Origin: Jatrophihabitantaceae bacterium
Lineage (GTDB): Bacteria > Actinomycetota > Actinomycetes > Mycobacteriales > Jatrophihabitantaceae
Assembly: GCA_035263725.1 (NCBI GenBank)
Contig: DATFRC010000054.1
Span: forward strand, 38-64,037
Direction of reading: 5' to 3'
DNA length: 64,000 bases
Part shown: positions 37,974 through 46,946 of the stretch, piece after piece
How positions within the stretch are numbered: position 1 is the first letter of the stretch
Layout: each line of letters starts with the position of its first letter
Translations under genes and position numbers: made by a program
The notes under the pieces: generated by a model
Told to the model about the DNA's origin: nothing
Database searches by the model: none
Seen by the model: only the letters and a program-made list of their open reading frames with translations

Positions 37974-38230
37974 TGACCCACCTCGACGGAAACGCCGCCG
38001 CCGGCGACCTGCGCACGATCTTCGCGGTGGACGTCACGACCGCCACCGGCCAGTGCGCCGGCTGCGGGCAGACCGCACCGCTAGGTTCAGCACAGCTGTA
38101 CAACCAGGCGCCGGGGATGGTGGCGCGCTGCACCAACTGCGATGCCGTGCTGCTCCGCTTGGTCACCGCGCCCGGGCGCGCCTGGCTCGACGTCCGCGGG
38201 CTGACCTACCTCCAGTTGGAGACGGCTTAG
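37970..38230 (+). CDS. DUF6510-like small Cys4 protein
   Basis: 86 aa with CAGC...CTNC (a possible zinc ribbon). It is start/stop-coupled to the reductase gene (ATGA). Confidence 0.65.
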   Translation: MMTHLDGNAAAGDLRTIFAVDVTTATGQCAGCGQTAPLGSAQLYNQAPGMVARCTNCDAVLLRLVTAPGRAWLDVRGLTYLQLETA

Positions 38231-39690
38231 AACGGATACGCGGGCGGTTCGCCGCGCACCGTCACCCAGCGCGTCTCGGTGAACGCGTCGACGTTGGCTG
38301 ACGGGCCGCCGAATCGCGCGCCGGTGCCCGACACGCCGACGCCGCCGAACGGCACGTTGGCCTCGTCGCTCACCGTCTGGTCGTTGATGTGCACGATGCC
38401 GGAGGGGATCCGGTCGGCGACAGCGAGCCCACGCATCACGTCCCGCGTCACGACGCTGAGCGACAGGCCGTAGTCGGACGCGGCGGCCAGCTGCACCGCC
38501 TCGTCGACCGACGACACGCGAACCACTGGTGCGACCGGTCCGAAGATCTCCTCGGCCCAGGCGGGAGATCCCGGTGGTACCTCGGCTAGGACGGTCGGCC
38601 GGTAGAACAGTCCGTCGAATTCGCCGCCCGCGGCGACCTTCGCGCCGGCGTCGCGGCTGGCGGTGACCATGCCGTGAATCTTGTCGCGCTGCCGTTCATC
38701 GATGATCGGACCGAGGGCAACCTCGTCCGTAGCCGGGTTGCCGACCGGCAGCCTGGCTGCCTTTGCCGACAATGCCTCGACGAAGTCGTCGTAGTGTCGC
38801 TCGTGCACGATGTGCCGGCCGGCCGTCATGCAGATCTGACCCTGGTGGAAGAACGATCCGAAGGCAGCTAGCGTCGCGGCCTGGGCGACGTCGGCGTCGT
38901 CCAGGACGAGCATCGCGGAGTTGCCGCCGAGCTCGAGGTGTACGCGCTTGAGATGCCGGCCGGCGAGCTCGGCCACCCGGCGGCCGGACGCGGTCGATCC
39001 GGTGAAGGAGACGACCGCGACCTGTGGGTGCACGACCAGCGCTTGCGCGATCTCGGCATCGCCGGGCAGCATCTGCAATACGCCGGGGGGCAGCCCGGCT
39101 TCCTCGAGAATTCGGGCGATCACCACACCGCCGGTAACGCCGGTCCGCGGATCCGGCTTGAGGATCACTGCGTTGCCCAGCGCGAGCGCAGGAGCAACCG
39201 AGCGGATGCCCAGGATGATCGGCACGTTGAACGGCGAGATCACCACGACGACGCCTGCCGGGACGCGGCGCGCCATGGACAGCCTTGGCTCCTCGCTGGG
39301 CAGCAGCTCGCCGTATGCGCGGCTGGGCAGGGCCGACGCCTCGAAGCACTCCTGCTCAGCGACGTGCAGCGAGAAGTCGGCGATGCCTGCGATGGCGCCG
39401 ACCTCGCGAATGTTCCACCACTTGATCTCGTCCGCATACTGCGACCACAGCTCGCCGGCCTTACGCAGCACGGCTGCGCGTTGCGGGTAGGGCGTGGCCG
39501 ACCATCCGGGCTGTGCCGCCGCCGCGCTCTGCACGGCGCGGTCCACATCGGTGGTTGTCGGCTTGCCGAGGCTGCCCAATGCCGCGCCGGTGGCCGGCTC
39601 GATCACCGGGTATTCGCCGCCGGACGCGGCCGTCCACGCACCGTCGAGGAAGATCTTGCCACGCCAGCGGACTTCTTCGAGAAGGGTCAT
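38227..39690 (-). CDS. NAD(P)-dependent aldehyde dehydrogenase (benzaldehyde/vanillin-dehydrogenase-like)
   Basis: Contains ELGGNSA and FFHQGQICMTAG (catalytic Cys). ATG 39690 overlaps the pcaL stop. Confidence 0.85.
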   Translation of the reverse strand: MTLLEEVRWRGKIFLDGAWTAASGGEYPVIEPATGAALGSLGKPTTTDVDRAVQSAAAAQPGWSATPYPQRAAVLRKAGELWSQYADEIKWWNIREVGAIAGIADFSLHVAEQECFEASALPSRAYGELLPSEEPRLSMARRVPAGVVVVISPFNVPIILGIRSVAPALALGNAVILKPDPRTGVTGGVVIARILEEAGLPPGVLQMLPGDAEIAQALVVHPQVAVVSFTGSTASGRRVAELAGRHLKRVHLELGGNSAMLVLDDADVAQAATLAAFGSFFHQGQICMTAGRHIVHERHYDDFVEALSAKAARLPVGNPATDEVALGPIIDERQRDKIHGMVTASRDAGAKVAAGGEFDGLFYRPTVLAEVPPGSPAWAEEIFGPVAPVVRVSSVDEAVQLAAASDYGLSLSVVTRDVMRGLAVADRIPSGIVHINDQTVSDEANVPFGGVGVSGTGARFGGPSANVDAFTETRWVTVRGEPPAYPF

Positions 39691-40775
39691 TTGCTGCTCC
39701 CATCGTGGTGTAGTACGTCGTCGGCGATGGCGAACGCTCGATTGGCGCGCGGCAGGCCGGCGTAGACGGCAGTGTGCAGTAGTACCTCGCGAATCTCCTC
39801 GAGGCTCACGCCGTTGCCCAATGCGCCGCGTAGGTGCATGGCCAGCTCGTGTTCGGCGCCCAGCGCGGTGAGCACGGCGAGGGTAATCAGGGAGCGCTCC
39901 CGGCGTTGCAGGCCGGGCCGCGTCCACACCTCGCCCCAGGCGTAGCGGGTCAGTAAGTCTTGGAACGGCGCGGAGAACTCGCCGGTGCGCTCGGTGGCCA
40001 GGTCGACGTGCGCGTCGCCCAGGACGGCCCGCCGGGTCGCCTCGCCGCCGGTGAAGTGCTCTAGCAGCCGGACGGCAATCGGTCCCGCCTGTTCGACGGT
40101 CGGGATGTGCGCGGCGTCGGGCAGTACAGAAAGCCGCGCGATGGCGATGCCGTCAGCGATCGTGTGGGCGTGCTGGACCGGGATGGCCTGGTCTGCCGCG
40201 CCGGCAATCACGAGCGTGGGCGCGCCTATCCGGGGAAGGTCTGCGCGCAGGTCCATCCCGGCGATGGCTTCACAGCAGCGGGCGTAGCTCTCCGCATCCG
40301 TGCTCCGCAGCATGTCGGTAAGCCGGGCAACGAGCTCCGGGTCGCGTGCGGCTAGAGCCGGGGTGATCCAGCCGGCGACGACCGGCCCGGCGATCGCCGC
40401 GATTCCGCCACCGCGGACCGTGGCGGCGCGCTCGTGCCAGCGTGCTGCTGGCAGCTGCGCCGATGTCGACAGCAACGCCAGCCGCGCCACTCGTTCCGGA
40501 TGGTGCGCGGCCAGCCACATGGCCACCATGCCGCCGAGCGAGACGCCCGCGATGTGGGCGCGGTCCACGCCCTGCTTGTCGAGGGCGGCCACCACATCGC
40601 CGCCCAGGTCGGCGATGCCGCACGGCTCATGGACGGGCGGCGCATCGCCGTGGCCACGGGTGTCGACACGGATGAGGCGCAGCCGCTCCGCCAGCGGCCC
40701 GACCAGGCCGTCCCAGATGGCCGTGGTGGTGCCGATCGCGTTGAGCAGTACCAGCGGGGCGGCGGATTCGCTCAT
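39687..40775 (-). CDS. pcaL: Fused 3-oxoadipate enol-lactonase / 4-carboxymuconolactone decarboxylase
   Basis: The N-terminal alpha/beta hydrolase has a GVSLGG elbow. The C-terminal CMD domain reads YAWGEVWTRPGL..RERSLITLAVL...LHTAVYAGLP. Confidence 0.85.
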   Translation of the reverse strand: MSESAAPLVLLNAIGTTTAIWDGLVGPLAERLRLIRVDTRGHGDAPPVHEPCGIADLGGDVVAALDKQGVDRAHIAGVSLGGMVAMWLAAHHPERVARLALLSTSAQLPAARWHERAATVRGGGIAAIAGPVVAGWITPALAARDPELVARLTDMLRSTDAESYARCCEAIAGMDLRADLPRIGAPTLVIAGAADQAIPVQHAHTIADGIAIARLSVLPDAAHIPTVEQAGPIAVRLLEHFTGGEATRRAVLGDAHVDLATERTGEFSAPFQDLLTRYAWGEVWTRPGLQRRERSLITLAVLTALGAEHELAMHLRGALGNGVSLEEIREVLLHTAVYAGLPRANRAFAIADDVLHHDGSSK

Positions 40776-42034
40776 CGCTGCCGCCCGCGCAGGTAGGCGT
40801 CGACCAGATCGCCGGCGTGGCCGAGATAGGTCACCGGGTCGAGCAGTTCGGGATCGACGCCCAGCGCGTCGAGATTCCCTTTGCGCGCGGCGTCGCGGAC
40901 CGCCTGCTGTGCGCCGCCGCGCCCCATCGCCGGCGTCAGATGTGCGGCCACCCGGTCAGCGAGCAGCAAGCCCGACGTCCGGCTCAGGTTCTGATGCATC
41001 GCCTCGACGTCCACGGACAGCCCCTCCAGGCACTGACGCAGCCGCGCTGCGGCGCCGCCGGTCCAGCGCAGCAGTGCCGTGAGCGCCGGCCACTCGGCAT
41101 GCCAGGCGCCGGCCGCTCGCTGGTGTTCGCCGGCCATGGCGGTGTACACGGTGGCGGCGAGCCCGGGTGTTTGGGCGGCGGCAGCCCTCGCGGTGACCAC
41201 CGCGATGGGATTCTGCTTGTGCGGCAGGGAGGATGAGCCACCCGGCGCCGCTTCGTGCACCTCGCCGACCTCGGTTTGGGCGAGCAGCACGACGTCCGTC
41301 GCGACCTTCCCGGCCGCCCCTGCGGCGGTCGCCAGGGCACCGGCGAGTTCGGCGATGCGCGTTCGTTCGGTGTTCCACACGCCTTCCGGGTCGGTGAGGT
41401 CGAGCTCGCGGGCGAACGCCCGGCGGATCGCCGGCCCATGCGGGTACACCGCGGCAAGCGTCCCGGCTGCACCACCCAACTGCGCGGCGAACTCGACCGC
41501 AGAAAGCCGCGCTACCGCGCGATCGAGTCCGGTGCCCCAGCCCGCGGCAACCGCGCCGAAGGTCGTCGGCGCGGCCTGCTGAAGAAGGGTACGAGCCGCC
41601 ATCGGGGTATCCCGGTGCTCGCGGGCCAGCCGTGCGGCCGCGTCGGCCGCACCGGACAGGTCGGCGACGATCACGCCGACAGCGCCGCGGGAAACCAGCA
41701 TCGCCGCTGTGTCGATGATGTCCTGACTCGTGGCGCCCACGTGCACGGCATCCTCGCTCGCCGGGCCGACACGGGCGCGCAGCTGCTGCACCAGTGGGAT
41801 CACGGGGTTGCCGCCGGCTGCCGCGTCCACGCCGAGCGGCGCGAGGGTCACCCAATCGGCGTCAGTGCACGCGATCGCCACCGCCTCGGCGGCAGCTTCG
41901 TCGACGAGGCCCGCAGCTGCGGCCGCCCGGGCCAGCGCCGCCTCGGTCCGCAGCATGGCGCGCACCCACGCGCGGTCGTCCACTTCGACGGCCACTCGGT
42001 CGGCCCCGAAGATCGGATCCCAAAGCGTGCTCAT
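40772..42034 (-). CDS. pcaB: 3-carboxy-cis,cis-muconate cycloisomerase
   Basis: Carries the fumarate-lyase-family signature GGSSSLPHKQNP and sits in a pca context. Confidence 0.88.
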   Translation of the reverse strand: MSTLWDPIFGADRVAVEVDDRAWVRAMLRTEAALARAAAAAGLVDEAAAEAVAIACTDADWVTLAPLGVDAAAGGNPVIPLVQQLRARVGPASEDAVHVGATSQDIIDTAAMLVSRGAVGVIVADLSGAADAAARLAREHRDTPMAARTLLQQAAPTTFGAVAAGWGTGLDRAVARLSAVEFAAQLGGAAGTLAAVYPHGPAIRRAFARELDLTDPEGVWNTERTRIAELAGALATAAGAAGKVATDVVLLAQTEVGEVHEAAPGGSSSLPHKQNPIAVVTARAAAAQTPGLAATVYTAMAGEHQRAAGAWHAEWPALTALLRWTGGAAARLRQCLEGLSVDVEAMHQNLSRTSGLLLADRVAAHLTPAMGRGGAQQAVRDAARKGNLDALGVDPELLDPVTYLGHAGDLVDAYLRGRQR

Positions 42035-42528
42035 ATTGCGAAGAACGGCGTCTCGTCGTCGCCCTGCAGCCGAATGTCGAAGCGCAGCGCGCCGTCTGGC
42101 TGCGCCATGGCGGTCAGCAGTGCCCGGTCGTCAGCCGAAAGTGCCGACAGCACCGGGTCGGCGGCATTGGCCGCGGGCTCGTCCGGGAAGTAGATGCGGG
42201 TTACCAGCCGCTGCAGCAGGCCTCGCGAGAAGACCGAGACGTCGAGGTGCGGCGCCTCAACGGTGCCGTCCGGCGCGGGCAGGACGGCAGGCTTCACGGT
42301 GCGGAACCAGAACGTGCCGTTGCTGTCGGTGGCGCAGCGGCCGAACAGGTCGGGTGCCGACTGCCACGTCTCGACCAGGCCGTCCGGCACCGGAACCCCG
42401 GCACCGTCGGTGAGCTGCCCGCTGATCAGCACAGCGCCGGGCGTGCCCTCCAGTACCGGCGCGGGCCCGTTCGGCCAGGGCAGCACGATGGAGAGGAACG
42501 GGCCGACCGTCTGCGAAGGCGTGCTCAT
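42031..42528 (-). CDS. pcaG: Protocatechuate 3,4-dioxygenase alpha subunit
   Basis: 165 aa: MSTPSQTVGPF...PHLDVSVFSRGLL. It is ATGA-coupled on both sides. Confidence 0.88.
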   Translation of the reverse strand: MSTPSQTVGPFLSIVLPWPNGPAPVLEGTPGAVLISGQLTDGAGVPVPDGLVETWQSAPDLFGRCATDSNGTFWFRTVKPAVLPAPDGTVEAPHLDVSVFSRGLLQRLVTRIYFPDEPAANAADPVLSALSADDRALLTAMAQPDGALRFDIRLQGDDETPFFAI

Positions 42529-43217
42529 TGCGAGGACTCGAACGGAGTCTGCTCGCGCCCCCGTAGCACGATGTCGAACCGGAACCCGAGCGCCCAGTGG
42601 TCTGTCGTGGCGTCGTCGTCGTAGGTGCTGATCAACCGGGCGCGGGCGCGCGGATCGGGCACCGAGTTGAAGATGGGGTCCTGGAAGAAGAGCGGGTCGT
42701 CCGGGAAGTACATCTGGGTGATCAGTCGTTGCGCGAAGGCCTGCCCGAACACCGAGAAGTGGATGTGCGCCGGGCGCCACGCGTTGTCGTGGTTGCGCCA
42801 CGGGTAGGCGCCGGGGCGGATCGTAGTGAACCGGTAGCGTCCGTCGGCGTCGGTGACCACCCGGCCGGCGCCGGCGAAGTTCGGGTCTAGCGGCGCGGGC
42901 CACCGGTCGGCCGCGTGCGCATATCGGCCCGCAGCGTTGGCCTGCCATACCTCGATCAGGCTGCCCGGCGCGGCATGTCCGTCGCCGTCGAGCAGGCGGC
43001 CGTGCACGACGATGCGCTGCCCGATCGCTGCACCGTCGTTGGTGAGGTCGTCATCGCCCTCGCGCACCCGCTCCGTACCGAACAACGGTCCGGTCAGCTC
43101 GGTGAGCCGCTGCGGCAAGACGTGTAGCGCCCGTCTCGGGTGACGCAGCTTCGTGCTGCCGTAGTCGGGGTAGTCGTAGGGCGGATGCGTGCCAGGTGGG
43201 TCGGCGCGGTAGGTCAT
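42525..43217 (-). CDS. pcaH: Protocatechuate 3,4-dioxygenase beta subunit
   Basis: Contains IEVWQANAAGRY and PAHIHFSVF. ATG 43217 overlaps the pobA stop and is preceded by GGAG. An alternative start is at 43229. Confidence 0.88.
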   Translation of the reverse strand: MTYRADPPGTHPPYDYPDYGSTKLRHPRRALHVLPQRLTELTGPLFGTERVREGDDDLTNDGAAIGQRIVVHGRLLDGDGHAAPGSLIEVWQANAAGRYAHAADRWPAPLDPNFAGAGRVVTDADGRYRFTTIRPGAYPWRNHDNAWRPAHIHFSVFGQAFAQRLITQMYFPDDPLFFQDPIFNSVPDPRARARLISTYDDDATTDHWALGFRFDIVLRGREQTPFESSQ

Positions 43218-44386
43218 CGGTAGCTCCATCCCTCGGCGTATGGCAGGCCCGTGTAGTTCTCGGCGAGCGCGGTGGCCATGGGGCGGGACGACGCGACGTA
43301 GCGCAGCGCCGCGGCGGCGAGTTGCTCATCGAACGCGTCGCCGTGCGGGTCGACGTGCAGCATCGACGTCATCCACCAGGAGAACTGCGTGTACCGCCAT
43401 ACCCGGCTCGACACCGTGTCCGTGTAAGCGGCAAGCAGGTCGGTGCGGCCATCCGCGTAGTAGCCGGCGATGGCGCGGGCGAGCACCCGGACGTCGGCCA
43501 TTGCGAGGTTCATGCCCTTGGCGCCGGTCGGCGGCACGATGTGCGCCGCGTCGCCGGCGAGGAACAGGCGCCCGTACTGCATAGGCGTGGCAACAGCGCT
43601 GCGCATGGGCGTGATGCCCTTGTCCAGCACGGGTCCTTCGCTGAGCGAGAAGCCGGCGCCGTCGGTGAACCGGGTGGAAAGCTCAGACCAGATGCGCTCG
43701 TCCGGCCACGCCTCCAGCTGCGCGTCCGGCGTGACCTGCAGGTACAGGCGGGTAATGCTCGGGCTGCGCATCGAATGGAGCGCGAAGCCGCGTTCGTGCC
43801 TGGTGTAAATCAGCTCATGGGCCGACGGCGGTACCTGCGCAAGAATGCCGAGCCACGCGTACGGGTACCCGCGCTCGTACGTCGTCAGTCCCGAGACGTA
43901 GCCGCGGCTCACGCCATGAGAGCCGTCCGCGCCCACCACGAAGTCGCATTCCAGCGCACCACCGGCGAAGGTGATCCGGGGTCGCGCACCGTCGAGGCCG
44001 GAAAATGCAATGTCGGTGATCTCGAAGCGCACGTCGCCGCCGGCATCCACGCGGGCGGCGATCAGGTCCTTGACGACCTCCTGCTGGCCGTACACGGTGA
44101 TCGTGCGCCCGACCAGGTCGGCGAAGTCGATGCGGTGGCCGTGGTGTCCGAAGCGCAGTTCGATCCCTTCGTGCCGCATGCCTTCGGCGTCGAGACGCTT
44201 GCCGACGCCGGCCTCGCGCAATGTCTCCGCAGAGCCGTGTTCGAGAACGCCGGCGCGAACCCGGTGCTCGACGTAATCGCGGTCGCGGCACTCCAGCACG
44301 GCGGAGTCGACGCCCTGCAGGTGCAGCAGTTGCGACAGCAGCAGACCGGCCGGCCCGGCACCGACGATGCCGACCTGGGTGCGCAT
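43214..44386 (-). CDS. pobA: 4-hydroxybenzoate 3-monooxygenase
   Basis: Contains the FAD-binding blocks VGIVGAGPAGLLLSQLL and LAGDAAHIVPPTGAKGMNLA. Confidence 0.9.
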   Translation of the reverse strand: MRTQVGIVGAGPAGLLLSQLLHLQGVDSAVLECRDRDYVEHRVRAGVLEHGSAETLREAGVGKRLDAEGMRHEGIELRFGHHGHRIDFADLVGRTITVYGQQEVVKDLIAARVDAGGDVRFEITDIAFSGLDGARPRITFAGGALECDFVVGADGSHGVSRGYVSGLTTYERGYPYAWLGILAQVPPSAHELIYTRHERGFALHSMRSPSITRLYLQVTPDAQLEAWPDERIWSELSTRFTDGAGFSLSEGPVLDKGITPMRSAVATPMQYGRLFLAGDAAHIVPPTGAKGMNLAMADVRVLARAIAGYYADGRTDLLAAYTDTVSSRVWRYTQFSWWMTSMLHVDPHGDAFDEQLAAAALRYVASSRPMATALAENYTGLPYAEGWSYR

Positions 44387-44437
44387 CCGCCCAGCCTGCG
44401 CCGCTCGGCTCGCGCGCCGCGCCTAGACTTCCGCTCA

Positions 44438-45193
44438 GTGGAAGACCACACCGTGACCGGCCGCGCGCTCGCCATCCTCGATGCGTTTAGCGCCGACCAT
44501 CCACGGCTGCGGCTGGCGCAGCTGAGCCGGCGTACCGGGCTGCCACTGACGACCACCCACCGCCTGGTAGGCGAGCTCGCCCGCTGGGGCGCCCTCGAGC
44601 GTGATGACACCGGCGCGTACCGGATCGGGCTGCGGCTGTGGGAGGTGGCGAGCTTGGCGCCGCGCAGCGTCGGGCTGCGCGAGGCGGCGCTGCCCATCCT
44701 GGGCGATCTCTACGAGGCAACGCACCAGAACGTCCAGCTCGCCGTACTGGACGGTACGGACGCCGTGTACATCGAGCGGATCTCAGGGCGGGACGCCGTG
44801 CACGTCGTGACCCGGGTGGGCGGCCGGCTTCCTCTCCACGCGACGGGCGTCGGCCGGGTGCTGCTGGCGCATGCGCCGGACGAACTGCTCGAGCGGGTGC
44901 TCGCCGGCCCGCTTGCTGCATATACCGAGCGGACGCTCACCGACCCGCGCCGGCTGCGCCGCGAGCTTGCCGAGGTGCGTCGAGCAGGAGTGGCGATCAC
45001 CCGCGGTCAGATCGAGCTGATCTCGACATCGGTCGCCGCGCCGGTGTGGGACAGCGGGCAGGTCGTGGCTGCCGTCTCGGTCGTGGTGCCGGAAAGCCAC
45101 GACCCGCACCGCTACGTTCCGGCGGTTGTGGCTGCCGCCCGCGGGATCTCTCGCGCATTGGCCCAGCCCCAGGCGCGCGCCACATCGTCGTGA
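44438..45193 (+). CDS. IclR family transcriptional regulator (PcaR/PobR-like), divergent from pobA
   Basis: Has a wHTH (LAQLSRRTGLPLTTTHRLVGELARWGAL) and an IclR effector domain. The 5' part of the 43196 ORF lies antisense to pobA and is spurious. Confidence 0.82.
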   Translation: MEDHTVTGRALAILDAFSADHPRLRLAQLSRRTGLPLTTTHRLVGELARWGALERDDTGAYRIGLRLWEVASLAPRSVGLREAALPILGDLYEATHQNVQLAVLDGTDAVYIERISGRDAVHVVTRVGGRLPLHATGVGRVLLAHAPDELLERVLAGPLAAYTERTLTDPRRLRRELAEVRRAGVAITRGQIELISTSVAAPVWDSGQVVAAVSVVVPESHDPHRYVPAVVAAARGISRALAQPQARATSS

Positions 45194-45235
45194 TCTTGGA
45201 CTTGTGGTCGATATCCAGCCACAAGTCCAAGATCA
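45191..45235. repeat. 45-nt palindromic element, copy 1 (perfect 17-bp arms, 11-nt spacer)
   Basis: TGATCTTGGACTTGTGG-tcgatatccag-CCACAAGTCCAAGATCA. It lies between the convergent IclR and egtD genes, and its first 3 nt are the IclR stop codon. Confidence 0.9.
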
Positions 45236-45255
45236 TCGCGAGACGGGACGGCGGC

Positions 45256-46212
45256 TTAGCGCGCCACGGAGAGGGACAGGCCGAACTGGTTATCCCTGTC
45301 GGTCCACCATCGGGTGAGTTCGAATCCGGCGGCGGCAAGTTCGGTTGCCACGCCTTCGCGACGGAACTTCGCTGAGACCTCGGTGCGCATCTGCTCGCCG
45401 CGTGCGAAGTGCACCTCCAGGTCGAGCCGCTCGACCCGCACCCACTGGTCGCGCAGGGAGCGCAACCGCATCTCGATCCACTCGGCCTCCGCGTCCCATA
45501 CCGCGACGTGCGCGAACGCGTCCGGATCGAAGTCGGCCTTCAGCTCGCGGTCGACCACATGGAGCACGTTCTTGTTGAACTCCGCGGTGACACCTGCCGC
45601 GTCGTCGTAGGCCGGGACGAGCACGTCAGGGTTCTTCACGAGATCGGTGCCGAGCAGCAGCGCCTCGCCCGGTTGCAGCGCTTCGCGGAGCGACCGTAGA
45701 AACACCGCGCGCTCGGCCGGCACCAGGTTGCCGATGGTTCCGCCGAGGAAGGCGATCAGGTGCCGCCCGTTCTGCGGGAGCCGGTCGAGGTGCTGCTGGA
45801 AGTCGGCCACCACGGCGTGCACGGCCAGCCCCGGGTAGTCGGCGAGCAGTCCGGCCGCGGCCTGGCGCAGCGCGGACTCCGATACGTCGACCGGTACGTA
45901 TCGAGTGAACGTCCCGGTGTCGAGCAGCAGGCGGGTCTTTTCCGCGGACCCGGCGCCCAGCTCGACCAACGCGGTCGCCCCTGACACCAATGCGATCTCC
46001 GCGGCCCGCTCGACGAGGATCGACCGCTCGGCGCGGGTCGGGTAGTACTCAGGCAGCCGGGTGATCTGCTCGAACAGTTCGCTGCCGCGCTCGTCGTAGA
46101 ACCACTTGGGTGGCAGCCACTTCGGGGTCGCGGTCAGCCCCTTCAATACGTCCGCGCGCAGCGTTGCGCTGAGGAAGTCCGCCGGCAGATGATTCTCAAC
46201 GGTCAATCTCAC
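45256..46212 (-). CDS. egtD: L-histidine N-alpha-methyltransferase
   Basis: Contains PKWLPPKWFYDERGSELFEQITRLPEYYPTRAE. GTG 46212 overlaps the egtC stop. Confidence 0.9.
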   Translation of the reverse strand: MRLTVENHLPADFLSATLRADVLKGLTATPKWLPPKWFYDERGSELFEQITRLPEYYPTRAERSILVERAAEIALVSGATALVELGAGSAEKTRLLLDTGTFTRYVPVDVSESALRQAAAGLLADYPGLAVHAVVADFQQHLDRLPQNGRHLIAFLGGTIGNLVPAERAVFLRSLREALQPGEALLLGTDLVKNPDVLVPAYDDAAGVTAEFNKNVLHVVDRELKADFDPDAFAHVAVWDAEAEWIEMRLRSLRDQWVRVERLDLEVHFARGEQMRTEVSAKFRREGVATELAAAGFELTRWWTDRDNQFGLSLSVAR

Positions 46213-46946
46213 GTGAGCTCCAACGGGGCGACGTGCACGCCGTCCGGCGTGCCGGTGAGCAGGCTGTGGTCGGGTACTTCGTGCCATCCCGGCTCGTCGT
46301 CGGACGGTTCCGATGCCACAAAGACGCCGCGTCGGTCAGCGCGCCAGAACAGGGTGTCGCCCCACGTGGTGGCCGCGATGGTCTCGCCGTCGAGGGCCAG
46401 CAGGTTCAGCCGGGCGTCGGCGGGCGCCGCGGCGACCGTGCTGTGCAACGCCTCCGGTAAGGGCATCCCGGCCTCCAACCAGGTCTGGGTGAGCGCCCAC
46501 AGCAGCGCCGAGTCGCTCGGCGCGTCCAGACGCAACAGTCGCTGCGGCGGCAGCGCGGCTGCGAGCGCAGCCGCGGACTCCGGCCACCCCGGCAGGGCGC
46601 CGTTGTGGCTGAACACCCACCGTCCTTCGCGAAACGGTGCCGCAGCGCCCTCCGCGTGCCCCATGCCGTCCGTACCGGAGCGTACGGCGGCCAGCACGGC
46701 ACCGGAGCGAATCACGCGCGCCAGCTCCGGCAGGTTGGCATCCGTCCACATAGGACGGTCGCGGCGGTAGCGAGCCGGAACGGGGTCGTCGGCGGCGTAC
46801 CAGGCCACGCCGAAACCGTCGGCGTTCAGCCGCCCGTACTGTTGCCGCCGGGGCTGCCATGACTGGCGCAGCAGCCCGAACGGCGGATCGAGCAGCAGCT
46901 CCGCGAGTGGGACGGACGGGCCCAAGTAGGCGATGTGCCTACACAT
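46209..46946 (-). CDS. egtC: Ergothioneine biosynthesis amidohydrolase (class-II glutamine amidotransferase)
   Basis: Has the N-terminal MCRHIAYLG (Ntn Cys2) and sits in an egt context. Confidence 0.85.
   Translation of the reverse strand: MCRHIAYLGPSVPLAELLLDPPFGLLRQSWQPRRQQYGRLNADGFGVAWYAADDPVPARYRRDRPMWTDANLPELARVIRSGAVLAAVRSGTDGMGHAEGAAAPFREGRWVFSHNGALPGWPESAAALAAALPPQRLLRLDAPSDSALLWALTQTWLEAGMPLPEALHSTVAAAPADARLNLLALDGETIAATTWGDTLFWRADRRGVFVASEPSDDEPGWHEVPDHSLLTGTPDGVHVAPLELT

Noticed and set aside
45310-45335. A tRNA-like T-loop string (GAGTTCGAATCCGGC).
   Set aside because: The flanking bases do not form a T-stem, acceptor stem or anticodon arm, and the string lies inside the egtD coding region. 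No tRNA or rRNA gene was found anywhere in the window.
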